Below are positions 18,146-29,321 of a stretch of 64,000 nt of DNA, piece by piece. Source of the stretch: Candidatus Firestonebacteria bacterium RIFOXYD2_FULL_39_29 (GTDB lineage Bacteria > Oederibacteriota > D2-FULL-39-29); the NCBI GenBank assembly GCA_001778375.1, contig MFGV01000084.1, positions 858 through 64,857 of the forward strand. The letters run 5' to 3'. A program made the translations under genes and the position numbers. Each line of letters begins with the position of its first letter. Position 1 is the first letter of the stretch. The notes beneath the pieces were generated by a model. That model was not told the origin of the DNA, did no database searches, and worked only from the letters and a program-made list of their open reading frames with translations.

Positions 18146-19033
18146 TCAGGCAACACTTACCGCATTTCTGCCGGCATGTTTAGACTTATACAGCGCTTTA
18201 TCCGCTTTTACAATAAGGCCCCTGCCGTCAATAATGGATTTATCCCAGCCGGCCACGCCGATAGAGAGCGTAACCCTGATGATCTGTCCCTGATAATGGA
18301 ACTTAGTCTGCGCAACAAACTGCCTCAGGCGGTCTCCCAGCCTCTTTGCGCTTTCAACATCGGAAATGGGGGCTATTATGGAAAACTCATCCCCGCCGTA
18401 ACGTCCGATAACATTGATCTTTCTTGTGTTTTTCCTGATAAGTTCAGAAACTTTTACCAGGATATAATCCCCTGCATCGTGGCCGAAAGTATCGTTAATT
18501 TTTTTAAAGTGATCCACGTCCACCATTAAAAGCGCAAGAAGTCCGCTGTACTTTTTAACTCTTTCCACTTCACGGTCCAGGAAGGTTTTAAAATACTTTT
18601 GCGTAAAAACATGAGTAAGCCCGTCTCTGGAAACTTCCAGCTTAAGCTGCTGTGTTTTTAACTGGGCTTCCGCCAGGTCTTTTTGTACTTCCCTTATTAT
18701 ATCTCCATAAGTAATAATGCCGACCAGCCGTTTATTTTCTATTATCGGAAGGCGCCTTATCCGCTTTGCCGCCATAAACTGCATCGCATCGCGGGTTTCC
18801 ATCTTGGGAGACATGGTAAAAACAGGCGCAATCATTATATCCGCCGCTTTTTTTTGCCCAAGCAAATTACACCCGTACTGGCCGATGAAACTCACGATAT
18901 CTCTTTCCGTGATGATCCCGAGCACCGTTTTATCTTTAACAATAACAACGGAGCCGATCTTATTCTTTTCCATAAGACGGCAGATCTCTTGTATTGATAT
19001 ATTTACCGGCGCAGTAATAACCGACCGGGACAT
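18146..19033 (-). CDS. CBS-pair + GGDEF diguanylate cyclase
   Basis: Two CBS-like modules then RYGGDEFSII and a KALYKSKHAGRN tail. Start set at MSRSVITAP (ATG 19033). Confidence 0.85.
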   Translation of the reverse strand: MSRSVITAPVNISIQEICRLMEKNKIGSVVIVKDKTVLGIITERDIVSFIGQYGCNLLGQKKAADIMIAPVFTMSPKMETRDAMQFMAAKRIRRLPIIENKRLVGIITYGDIIREVQKDLAEAQLKTQQLKLEVSRDGLTHVFTQKYFKTFLDREVERVKKYSGLLALLMVDVDHFKKINDTFGHDAGDYILVKVSELIRKNTRKINVIGRYGGDEFSIIAPISDVESAKRLGDRLRQFVAQTKFHYQGQIIRVTLSIGVAGWDKSIIDGRGLIVKADKALYKSKHAGRNAVSVA

Positions 19034-19127
19034 GATGTTAAGTATTTTCAAATTAACCCTCACAAAATAATAATTTATCCGTCCGCTGTAAGCGAGACGA
19101 GATCTCTCCAAAACTTTATTTTGGAGG

Positions 19128-19195
19128 ACAGTGTACAGTTTACAGTTTAAATATATTACGTGAGCAACGTGATAACGTGTAACGTTCTAACGTAT
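19128..19195. repeat. Heptamer arrays (GTACAGT x2; ACGTGAN block)
   Basis: CAGTGTACAGTTTACAGTTT..ACGTGAGCAACGTGATAACGTGTAACGTTCTAACG. Bases 19157-19190 match the reverse complement of 32861-32894 at 32/34 positions. Confidence 0.85.
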
Positions 19196-19196
19196 T

Positions 19197-20399
19197 CTAT
19201 TTTTGTTCTATCGCTTTCTTCATCCTTGCAACGCCATTATTAATATTGTCAAGACTGCTGACATAAGAAAGGCGGATATACTCGTCGGTTTCACCTTCAT
19301 TCTTCGGGCCAAAATATGTACGCGCAAGCACGGCAACTCCGGCTTTATCCAGAAGGAACGCCTGAAGAGCTTTTGAGTCCTTCAAACCGAGATTTTTACA
19401 GGCCTCGGTAACATTCGGGAATGCGTAGAAAGCTCCTTTGGGCATCTGGCATTTAAAACCTTTTATATCGTTCAGAAGTTTTACGATAAGATCGCGTCTC
19501 TTTTTGAATTCCACCACCATTTTAGCCGCTTCGCCCTGGTCACCAAGAAGCGCTTCCACACCGGCATGCTGTACAAAGGCGTTGGTGCAGGAGTTAGCAT
19601 TGGTCTCCAGCTTTGCTATAAGCGGGGCGAGTTCTTTAGGCATAAGGCCATAACCAAGACGCCAGCCGGTCATAGCGTAGGTTTTGGAGAAACCATCCAC
19701 CACTATGGTCCTTTCTTTCATTCCCGGAAGAGAGGCTATGGAGACAAATTTGTCATCATACAGGATCTTGCCGTAGACTTCATCGGTGAGTATCCAAATG
19801 TTATATTCTCTAGCAAGCTTCGCTATTTCCTCAAGATCATTTTTGGAAAGCACTCCGCCTGTCGGATTCTGCGGTGAGTTAAGCACTATCATTTTTGTTT
19901 TTTTATTTACCAATTTCTTTAAAACATTCACATCAAAGGAAAACCCGTTCTTCTCCCATAGCGGAAGAGCAATTGATTTTGCCCCTACAAAGTTAGCCAC
20001 TGATTCATATATAGGATAACCCGGATTCGGATATATAACCTCATCTCCTTCGTCAACAAGCGCCATTATAGCGTTAAAAAGTATAGGTTTTGCGCCCGGG
20101 GAGACTACTACTTCATCAGCATCGTATTCCATACCGCGAAACTCCCCGGAAATCTTAGCTATCGCCTGCCGGAGAGGCAGTATACCGTTGCTCGTCGTAT
20201 AATGTGTCTGATTATTGTTAAGAGCCTTAATACAAGCCTGCTTAATATTCATAGGTGTATCAAAATCCGGTTCCCCAAGTCCAAAGGTAATGATATCCTT
20301 ACCTTCTAATCTTAATTTCCCGACTAATGCCGCAACTTCAAATGCTGTCTCTGTCCCAAGCCTGCTCATTCTTTTTGCTAACTGCATATTATCCTCCAA
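19197..20399 (-). CDS. Class I/II PLP aminotransferase (aspartate/aromatic-type)
   Basis: SFSKTYAMTGWRLGY PLP-lysine motif and NPQNPTG, 400 aa. Confidence 0.85.
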   Translation of the reverse strand: MEDNMQLAKRMSRLGTETAFEVAALVGKLRLEGKDIITFGLGEPDFDTPMNIKQACIKALNNNQTHYTTSNGILPLRQAIAKISGEFRGMEYDADEVVVSPGAKPILFNAIMALVDEGDEVIYPNPGYPIYESVANFVGAKSIALPLWEKNGFSFDVNVLKKLVNKKTKMIVLNSPQNPTGGVLSKNDLEEIAKLAREYNIWILTDEVYGKILYDDKFVSIASLPGMKERTIVVDGFSKTYAMTGWRLGYGLMPKELAPLIAKLETNANSCTNAFVQHAGVEALLGDQGEAAKMVVEFKKRRDLIVKLLNDIKGFKCQMPKGAFYAFPNVTEACKNLGLKDSKALQAFLLDKAGVAVLARTYFGPKNEGETDEYIRLSYVSSLDNINNGVARMKKAIEQK

Positions 20400-20532
20400 T
20401 TTGCCCGCTATATACGGGTTTTTTGTAATTTTAACAATTTAGCCCTATTTTACAGTAAAAATAGCTGTATTTCAAGACCCGATATTCACTAAGGAAGGCA
20501 GAGATTCTGAATCAGAAAAGGGAAATGAAAAA

Positions 20533-21813
20533 TCAGTTAACCTCTTCCCCTTCAACAAATACTTTCTTTACCGTACATTTAAAATCTACACCGGGTTTTT
20601 TGATGTCCATGACAACGATATCCGCGCTTTTTCCTTTTTCTAAAGTACCCAGCTCTTTATCAAAACCGTACAATCTGGCGGGATTTAAAGACAAAAGCTT
20701 ACTAACTTCCAATATTGATTTTTCGAGTGAAGCAGGCTTTTCAAAAAGCGAGCCCGTCAAATAGCCGGAAATATTTTTCATATAAATATTAAGAAAATTC
20801 TGAAAAGCTTTATCCGTTGTCAACACGCTTCCAAAGAGCGTGCTAATGGATCCTTTTAGCCTGAGAACATCTTTTCCGACTTCGCAGATTTTTCCGCCCA
20901 TTTCAAATTCTTTAATACCGCAGGCACTGCCGGCCGGAAACATCGCATCCGTAACCCCTATTACCCCGGAATTAAAGTTTTTAAGAAAGGCTACGATCCA
21001 CCTCGGGTTTACATGGTAATAATCACAGATAATTTCTATATAAATTTTATTCCTCAGGAAAAAAGCGGCATCAAGGATACCGCCGCCCTTAAAATTTTGG
21101 CTCATCGGACCGTTTCCAAAATGAATGAGAACTTTTACACCGGCCTCATAAGCGAGCATGAACTCTTCATAGGAAGCCCCGCTGTGTCCGACACCGGCAA
21201 CAACATTGTTCTTTACAAGATGCTTTATTAGTTTTATTGCAGAAGATCCCCATTCCGGAGCTACAAGCACCCGTTTAATTGTTCCTCCGGAGATTTTCAT
21301 GAGACGGTCAAAAAGTCTAACATCAGGTTCTTTTAAATATTTCAAGCTTTGTGCGCCGGCATACAGAGGATCTTTAATAAATACACCTTCTATATCAGCA
21401 CCAAGAAGCTTTGCCCCTCCGGCATAAGTATTAACGTAAAGACCGGCATATTTCAAATATTTACTGATGTTTTCTTCGCTGTTTGTTCCGGTGCTTAATA
21501 TCATGGAAGTTGTTCCATGTTTTGCATGTGTTTTTAATATTGTTTCTATCCCTTTCGCATAATTCTCTTCATTTCTTATAAATGCCTTTTTCTTAATATC
21601 AAACCGCCCGCTAGAAGAATCATACCCCCCTCCCCCGTGAATATGCGTATCAAAAAACCCCGGGAGTACATAAGCTCCTTTTGCATCTTCTATGTAGTCA
21701 GCTTTCAGCTTACCCGAAACTATTTTAGATATTTTCCCGTTATCAATAAGTAAAGAACCTTTCTTAATCCCGGCTGGAGTTACTATTTTTCCGTTAATTA
21801 TTGCAGTTTGCAT
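20533..21813 (-). CDS. Amidohydrolase, N-acetylglucosamine-6-phosphate deacetylase-like
   Basis: PGFFDTHIHGGGGYD metal-binding motif typical of NagA. At 426 aa it is somewhat long for NagA. Confidence 0.6.
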   Translation of the reverse strand: MQTAIINGKIVTPAGIKKGSLLIDNGKISKIVSGKLKADYIEDAKGAYVLPGFFDTHIHGGGGYDSSSGRFDIKKKAFIRNEENYAKGIETILKTHAKHGTTSMILSTGTNSEENISKYLKYAGLYVNTYAGGAKLLGADIEGVFIKDPLYAGAQSLKYLKEPDVRLFDRLMKISGGTIKRVLVAPEWGSSAIKLIKHLVKNNVVAGVGHSGASYEEFMLAYEAGVKVLIHFGNGPMSQNFKGGGILDAAFFLRNKIYIEIICDYYHVNPRWIVAFLKNFNSGVIGVTDAMFPAGSACGIKEFEMGGKICEVGKDVLRLKGSISTLFGSVLTTDKAFQNFLNIYMKNISGYLTGSLFEKPASLEKSILEVSKLLSLNPARLYGFDKELGTLEKGKSADIVVMDIKKPGVDFKCTVKKVFVEGEEVN

Positions 21814-21905
21814 TTTAACACTCCGTGTAGTTAGTTCATAAAGTTTATAAGGTTTTTAAAGTTTGTAAAGTTATTTTTAAAGGTAGCATTATATACTTTT
21901 TTACT

Positions 21906-22010
21906 CTCTGAGCCTCAGCTTCTTCGGCCTTTTGTCATCCGGCTTCTGGCCTCAGTCCTCAATTCTCTTTCGCTCTTACCGAGCCTCTGCGCATCTGAGC
22001 ATCCGCGCCT
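21906..22010. repeat. GC-rich heptamer array abutting the GNAT stop codon
   Basis: CTGAGCC TCAGCTT CTTCGGC CTTTTGT CATCCGG CTTCTGG CCTCAGT CCTCAAT ... GAGCCTC TGCGCAT CTGAGCA TCCGCGC CTCT. Related words occur at 53761-53795. Confidence 0.7.
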
Positions 22011-22490
22011 CTAACGGTCTTTATTCTCCAGCTCCATTACCAGATGAACCTGTTTGGCGGCTTCGTCAAATCCGAGTTTTTTATAAAGTTGATAGGCATT
22101 AGGATTATCTTCAAGTACTTCTATTCGGGCAAGTTTCATACCGTTCGTTTTAAAAACTTTAAGCGCATGTTTTAATAACCGGGTGCCAAATCCGGCTCCC
22201 TGATGCTCAGGGTGAATTGCCAGAGCATGAACCTTTCCCACTGAAAATCTTTTTTCCATGGAGGTAATTATAAACCCGGTTATTTTTCCTTCAAGGTCCA
22301 TTACATACGCACCTGAAGGATAATTTTCAACATCTCTCATAATATCAACCGCTTTCCGTTCCCACCAGTCAAACCCGATAATTTTCCCGAATTTATCTTC
22401 TATACGTTTATCAATGGACCCTATAGCGAAAGAATCGCGGAGAATCTCGACAAGTGTAACATATTCTTCTTTTTTACAAACACGTATCAT
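22011..22490 (-). CDS. GNAT-family N-acetyltransferase
   Basis: AIHPEHQGAGFGTRLL acetyl-CoA binding motif, 159 aa. Confidence 0.85.
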   Translation of the reverse strand: MIRVCKKEEYVTLVEILRDSFAIGSIDKRIEDKFGKIIGFDWWERKAVDIMRDVENYPSGAYVMDLEGKITGFIITSMEKRFSVGKVHALAIHPEHQGAGFGTRLLKHALKVFKTNGMKLARIEVLEDNPNAYQLYKKLGFDEAAKQVHLVMELENKDR

Positions 22491-22608
22491 AAAAGGATTT
22501 TACCAGAACTTGACATTTGATTCAATTACTTACTTTGACCCGAAATCCGAAGAGAAAGCATGTCGTTATTGACTTACATAATATTAAAGTTCAGAAGGAT
22601 TTCGGGTT

Positions 22609-22654
22609 CGATTCCGCTTCCGCCAATGATATAGGGCGGATCTTTCGAAGAGAC
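22609..22654 (+). repeat. CCGCC-hairpin dispersed repeat, copy R2
   Basis: CGATTCCGCTTCCGCCAATGATATAGGGCGGATCTTTCGAAGAGAC. Confidence 0.8.
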
Positions 22655-22820
22655 TACAAAACTACTGGATTTCACTGATTATACAATAAACTAGAGGCTT
22701 TATTAAGTTCTAATTCGAATCGTTCTACTTCGTTTTTGGGATTTGATTTTTTAGTTAAACAAATTGCAGCGCCGCTTCAATTGCATTATTTTATAAGCAC
22801 TTATCAGCAGTCAAATCACT

Positions 22821-22858
22821 TAAAACAAAAGCGCTTTGAGATTTTACCCCCAAAGCGC
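22821..22858 (-). terminator. Intrinsic terminator after dnaK (looks bidirectional)
   Basis: Stem GCGCTTTG (22831-38) / CAAAGCGC (22851-58). The minus strand is followed by TTTTGTTTTA, the plus strand by TCTTTTTG. Confidence 0.6.
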
Positions 22859-22883
22859 TCTTTTTGATCTACAATCTTACAAT

Positions 22884-22948
22884 CTGTGTCATCTCTTTTA
22901 AATCTCTTCTAAAGATCCGCCCTATATTATTGGCGGATGTGTCATCAG
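22884..22948 (-). repeat. CCGCC-hairpin dispersed repeat, full-length copy R3
   Basis: The reverse complement reads CTGATGACACATCCGCCAATAATATAGGGCGGATCTTTAGAAGAGATTTAAAAGAGATGACACAG. It ends 8 nt from the dnaK stop. Confidence 0.85.
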
Positions 22949-22955
22949 AAGAAGT

Positions 22956-24839
22956 TTACTTCTTCTCGTCTTCGACCTTAAAGTCGGCATCCACTACGTT
23001 GTCGCCTTCTTTCTTTTTTCCGGCGTCGGCTCCCGCTCCTGCATTTGGATCCTGCGGTCCCGCACCGGGCGCTCCCTGCTGTTGCTGTTGCTGCGCCTGC
23101 TGGTAGATGGCTTCACCAAGTTTCTGGGAGACCTTCTTTAAATTTTCCAGCCCGGCTTTTATGCCTTCCGTATCATTCGCTTCCACTTTTTTCTTAAGCT
23201 CAGCGATCGCGTCGGTAATAGCGGTTTTCGTGGCTTCATCCACTTTTGCCGCATGTTCCGCAAACGTTTTCTCCGTCTGATAAATCAAAGAGTCAGCTTC
23301 ATTCTTTACCTGTATCTCTTCCGCCTTCTTCTTATCATCCGTTGCGAACTGTTCCGCCTGCTTTACCATTTTTTCTATTTCTTCTTTTGAAAGTTTGGTC
23401 GGCGCGGTTATCTTCATAGACTGCTCTTTGCCGGTACCAAGATCTTTTGCCGAGACATGAATGATGCCGTTTGCATCTATATCAAACGCCACCTCAATCT
23501 GAGGCATACCTCTCGGAGCCGGAGCAATACCTACAAGCTGAAAACGCCCGAGCGTTGTATTATCCGCCGACATTGCTCGTTCACCCTGAAGTACATGTAT
23601 CTCTACACTCGGCTGATTGTCCGCCGCAGTAGAAAATATCTGACTCTTTTTCGTGGGTATCGTTGTATTCCTTTCTATAAGCTTTGTAAATACTCCGCCC
23701 AGAGTTTCAATACCGAGAGATAACGGAGTTACATCCAGAAGAAGCACATCTTTAATGTCTCCGGTAAGGACTGCACCCTGAACTCCGGCGCCCATAGCTA
23801 CACACTCCATCGGATCCACTCCGCGCTCAACCACTTTACCTATTACTTCTTCCACAAACTTCTGAACGATCGGCATTCTGGTAGGACCGCCGACCATAAT
23901 TACTTTATTTATATCTTTAGCAGTCAGCTTTCCGTCTGAAAGCGCCTGCTCTACCGGCTTTCTGCAGCGATCGATAGTCGGACGCACCAGGTCTTCAAGC
24001 TTTGCCCTGGTCATTTTCATGACCAGATGTTTCGGACCTGAAGCATTCGCAGAAATAAACGGCAGATTAACATCCGTCTCAAGGGTTGTGGAGAGCTCTA
24101 TCTTTGCTTTCTCCGCCGCCTCGCGAAGGCGCTGTACTGCCATCTTGTCTTTCTTTAAATCAATACCTTCTACTCTCTGAAATTCACCGGCTATATAGTC
24201 GATGATAGAATTGTCCATGTCGGTACCGCCAAGCAGCGTGTCGCCGCTAGTGGAAATTACTTCAAAGACGCCTTCCGCCATATGCATAATCGTGACATCT
24301 AATGTTCCGCCGCCAAGGTCAAACACCAGGATCTTTTGTTCTTTTCCTGCTTTGTCAAGCCCGTAGGAAAGACAAGCCGCCGTCGGCTCATTTATTATCC
24401 TGACCACTTCCAGACCTGCGATAGTACCCGCGTCTTTTGTTGCCTGTCTCTGGTTGTCGTTAAAATACGCCGGAACGGTAATGACTGCTTTTTCTACTTT
24501 CTCGCCTAAAAACGCTTCTGCATCTGCTTTAATTTTTTGAAGAATATAAGCCGAAATTTGCTGGGGCGTATATTCCTTGCCGTAAATTTTTACTTTGTAA
24601 TCTGAACCCATCTTTCTTTTGATGGCAATCACAGTACCTTCAGTATTGGAGACCGCCTGACGTCTTGCCGGTTCTCCTACGAGTTTCTGCCCGTCTTTCG
24701 TAAAAGCCACATAAGAAGGGAATGCTTTTCCTCCTATGGAAGTGCCTTCCGCAGAAGGAATAATCGTAGGTTTTCCGCCTATCATTGCGGCTGCTGCCGA
24801 GTTACTCGTACCTAAATCTATTCCTATTATTTTAGCCAT
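22956..24839 (-). CDS. dnaK: Chaperone DnaK (Hsp70)
   Basis: [17 protein letters not shown].., DLGGGTLDV, 627 aa. Confidence 0.97.
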   Translation of the reverse strand: MAKIIGIDLGTSNSAAAAMIGGKPTIIPSAEGTSIGGKAFPSYVAFTKDGQKLVGEPARRQAVSNTEGTVIAIKRKMGSDYKVKIYGKEYTPQQISAYILQKIKADAEAFLGEKVEKAVITVPAYFNDNQRQATKDAGTIAGLEVVRIINEPTAACLSYGLDKAGKEQKILVFDLGGGTLDVTIMHMAEGVFEVISTSGDTLLGGTDMDNSIIDYIAGEFQRVEGIDLKKDKMAVQRLREAAEKAKIELSTTLETDVNLPFISANASGPKHLVMKMTRAKLEDLVRPTIDRCRKPVEQALSDGKLTAKDINKVIMVGGPTRMPIVQKFVEEVIGKVVERGVDPMECVAMGAGVQGAVLTGDIKDVLLLDVTPLSLGIETLGGVFTKLIERNTTIPTKKSQIFSTAADNQPSVEIHVLQGERAMSADNTTLGRFQLVGIAPAPRGMPQIEVAFDIDANGIIHVSAKDLGTGKEQSMKITAPTKLSKEEIEKMVKQAEQFATDDKKKAEEIQVKNEADSLIYQTEKTFAEHAAKVDEATKTAITDAIAELKKKVEANDTEGIKAGLENLKKVSQKLGEAIYQQAQQQQQQGAPGAGPQDPNAGAGADAGKKKEGDNVVDADFKVEDEKK

Positions 24840-24905
24840 ATTTTTATCCGCCTCTAGAACTTTAGGGCAAGCTTTGAATTAAAACTTGCCCCAAGCCTAA
24901 TTATT

Positions 24906-26573
<1,668 letters not shown>

Positions 26574-26612
26574 TCAATTTTGACTTATTTTTGTTATTTT
26601 GTTTTTCTCTTT

Positions 26613-26650
26613 CAGATTTCTTCGAATTTCGAGTTTAGAATTTCGAATTT
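26613..26650. repeat. Heptamer array in the groES-groEL spacer
   Basis: CAGATTT..CGAATTT CGAGTTT AGAATTT CGAATTT (26623-26650 in perfect phase). Confidence 0.8.
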
Positions 26651-26659
26651 GCACTTCTG

Positions 26660-26950
26660 TTATTTTTCGATTATTGCGAGAACATCTTCTTCTCTCATAA
26701 TGAGATGCTTGTCCCCGTCAATGGTGATTTCGTTGCCTGCGTATTTCGCAAACATTACAGTATCACCTTTTTTCACGGAAAGAGGTTTCTTCGTTCCGTT
26801 TTCCAGAATCTTACCGGCTCCGACTGCTATTACTTTTCCTTCTTCCGGTTTTTCCTTCGCTGAATCAGGGATTATTATCCCGCCTTTCTTTGTCTCTCCG
26901 CCTTCAAGCGGCTTTACCAAAATCCTGTCTTCCAATGGCTTTATATTCAT
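26660..26950 (-). CDS. groS: Co-chaperonin GroES
   Basis: [14 protein letters not shown]...[11 protein letters not shown]. Start at ATG 26950 with GGAGG upstream. Confidence 0.95.
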   Translation of the reverse strand: MNIKPLEDRILVKPLEGGETKKGGIIIPDSAKEKPEEGKVIAVGAGKILENGTKKPLSVKKGDTVMFAKYAGNEITIDGDKHLIMREEDVLAIIEK

Positions 26951-27043
26951 ACTACCTTGCACCTCCTATAGAATTTATGCCCTTTTAAAGGCATTTTTTT
27001 GTATTTTTCAGAGATTTTACAACTAGCTACACCCCTAATATAA

Positions 27044-27058
27044 GCAATTTTCGTGCCA
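27044..27058 (-). promoter_or_regulatory. Sigma-54 (-24/-12) promoter upstream of groES
   Basis: The minus strand reads TTGGCACGAAAATTGCTTA, an exact match to TGGCACG-N4-TTGCW with canonical GG-to-GC spacing. It lies about 95 nt upstream of the groES ATG. Confidence 0.65.
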
Positions 27059-27464
27059 ACCTTTAATAACAAACAAAAAAGCATTGAAATACCTTGATTT
27101 TTATGAGTTATTACCTTTTAGAAGGAAGTTATCAACACCTTTATCAACAGCTAAAAATGTTTCATATTGGTACATGCGCAGAGGATAAGGGAAATACAGT
27201 AAATCAATGTGTCCCATAATAGAGCATGTCAATTAGCGGTGACTGTCACCCCAAATACTTTGTTATATAAAGGCATTTGAGTGTGTCAGCTGTGAATTGG
27301 TAACCAGTCATCTAAAAAATTATAATTGTATTACACCTTACTCGGTTGTATAATTATATTTATGAAACCAATTAAATTTTTCCTGATTCTGGTTTTTCTT
27401 TCTTTTTCTTCTTCCCTCTTTTCCGGGTTTTCTATGGATTGAGTGGAGACGACTGTTTTGCACC

Positions 27465-28172
27465 AAAAGGGACAGTCCCTAAGGGACTGTCCCTTTTATG
27501 GACAGGTACTTACTTTTTTCTCATTATATTTAGTTCATTGTTATATTCTGTTCTTGTCAAATACTCCTTCCATTGTCTTTTAGAAATTTCCGTATATTTA
27601 AAGAAGTCATCAGATATTATTATATTATTTTCCTGTTTTAAATGTCCCCTGGCGCTTGACCATTTCCAATCATCAGATTTTTTGACTAACCCGGCTCTAA
27701 CAGGATTTCGCTCAACATATCTAACTGCAATTGCAAGATGTTTACTGTCTAATGATTTAGAAAAATATCTATCGCCCCAGACATGCCCGCTCTTCCCATA
27801 CTTTCTATTAAAATAAAAGCCATATGTGCCATTGACACCTCGAAACGACATAGAAAGTGATCTGTCATTTCTTGGAATAACTATAAGATGCACGTGATTT
27901 TTCATCAAACAATAAGCAAGGATGCTCATCTCATATCTTAACGCCATATCTTTAAGCAACTCAAGATAATATTCCCTATCATTATTATCATTAAATATTG
28001 TTTGTTTGCAGTTACCCCTTTGACAGATATGATACGGCATATTAACATCGACTAAACGTGCTGTTCTTGGCATAGTTTTCACCCCTTAAGTGAATTTTAA
28101 GAATAATAACATTTATTTTCATAGTTGTCAACTGCAGAAAAAAGGGACAGTCCCTAAGGGACTGTCCCTTTC
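27465..28172 (-). mobile_element. RAYT gene bracketed by two identical palindromic REP copies
   Basis: The 32-nt AAAAGGGACAGTCCCTAAGGGACTGTCCCTTT occurs at 27465-27496 and 28140-28171 (AGGGAC-A-GTCCCT A AGGGAC-T-GTCCCT). Confidence 0.85.
27510..28073 (-). CDS. REP-associated tyrosine transposase (IS200/IS605 Y1 transposase-like)
   Basis: MPRTARL..YHICQRG.., HUH motif NHVHLIV, C-terminal RYVERNPVRAGLV..WKWSS. ATG 28073 has AAGGGG 7 nt upstream. Confidence 0.85.
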   Translation of the reverse strand: MPRTARLVDVNMPYHICQRGNCKQTIFNDNNDREYYLELLKDMALRYEMSILAYCLMKNHVHLIVIPRNDRSLSMSFRGVNGTYGFYFNRKYGKSGHVWGDRYFSKSLDSKHLAIAVRYVERNPVRAGLVKKSDDWKWSSARGHLKQENNIIISDDFFKYTEISKRQWKEYLTRTEYNNELNIMRKK

Positions 28173-28173
28173 T

Positions 28174-29245
28174 TTTAAATTTGGTTAGTTCTTCGCGGGC
28201 GATGTTTACCCAGCGGGTGATTCTTGTGAGGTCGTTTTGAATGGTATGCAGGTCTTTCATTATTATTTCCAAAGGGAGTTTGCCGGCGGTGTTAAGAGTG
28301 GTTTTAATATCTTCCCTTACGGCTTTTTCATTGAATTGCACGGCAATCTGGGAGGGATTTGGTTTTCTTGAAAAAACATATTTATTTCCGAGCGTAGCCG
28401 CCATCAGTTCCTGATCCGCCCAGGGAGAAACGGAAACTCTTCTGATATTCGGCATCACTTTCAATATATTATCTATCCCTAAATGAAGACCCTCACAGCA
28501 GCCGTAACAAACCAGTCCGAACTTTTCAGCTATGGGAGCCTGATACTTCAGGATAAAATTCATTGAACATATCCGGCCCGCCTGAGCCGACATAATCATC
28601 TTCATTCGCGAGAGAAAGAAGCCCTTCCTTTTCAAACCAGCTCTGGAAATGCAGATGCTCTTCCATGAAGAATTTCATTATGCGGTGGACATTTTCCGGC
28701 TGGTCGTACATATATAGCATAAGATTTTCCAGCCCGATCAGTTTAATAACTTCCTGGGTCAGCCCCGAAGACCACCAGTACTTTCCGCGTATCCGTACGG
28801 GAAGAAGGTCTCCGAATATGGATTTAGCTCTCTCGATTTTTTTAAATGTACCGTCACGGTCAACTGAAAGAGTGCGGAATTTTAATTTTGGAATATCTTT
28901 ATCAAGGTCCTTGATCGGCGGTACCTAGACAAAACTCCCCCGTTTTTAACTTTCCACGGGATATTAAAATACGGTTCAAAAGGCAGGTCATCCTTAATAT
29001 TTTCCATCTGAAAGATACTCATCCTTAGATCCGACTCCCAATTACGAAGCTCGCTGTCTTCGCACTGCAGAGATGATTCCGGAACAAGTTCGCTCCAGGA
29101 GCCCTCAGGATACACAAGTACAACAGGTCTTATAGGCTTTAAGGCTTTTGCAGAGTTTCTTTTTCTCAATATTTTCCGGCTTCTCGCAGAGTTCTCTTTT
29201 CATTGCCGCAAGTGTTCTTAATATTTCTTTTTCTTTGTTTGTCAT
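28174..29245 (-). pseudogene. Frameshifted gene of unknown function, 3' end fused to or interrupted by REP
   Basis: One continuous coding-like stretch split over at least 4 frames: ATG 29245 MTNKEKEILRTLAAMKRE..stop, then track ORFs 28882-29169, 28526-28720 and 28042-28635. The last frame reads through the REP (..KGQSLRDCPF..). Confidence 0.6.
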
Positions 29246-29321
29246 AATTACTCCAATCATTTAAATATTATCTTTGTAATACCTCTTTATTTTGACACTT
29301 AAAAAGGATAATCGCAACTGT

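Noticed and set aside
22596-22624. tRNA/tmRNA-like 3' end GGATTTCGGGTTCGATTCCGCTTCCGCCA (T-loop-like GGTTCGATTCC followed by ..CCA)
   Set aside because: The T-stem does not pair (TCGGG versus CCGCT). Only 12 nt follow the T-loop instead of the 16 needed for T-stem, acceptor, discriminator and CCA. No upstream cloverleaf exists. The same CGATTCCRCTTCCGCCA string recurs at 12475 as the 5' part of the dispersed CCGCC-hairpin repeat, so it is repeat sequence, possibly an ancient tRNA-derived fragment.
27362-27442. Plus-strand 26-codon ORF MKPIKFFLILVFLSFSSSLFSGFSMD (signal-peptide-like) just before the left REP
   Set aside because: It has no convincing RBS, is very short and lies in a polypyrimidine tract. 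It could be the remnant of a truncated secreted-protein gene, but this cannot be supported from sequence alone.
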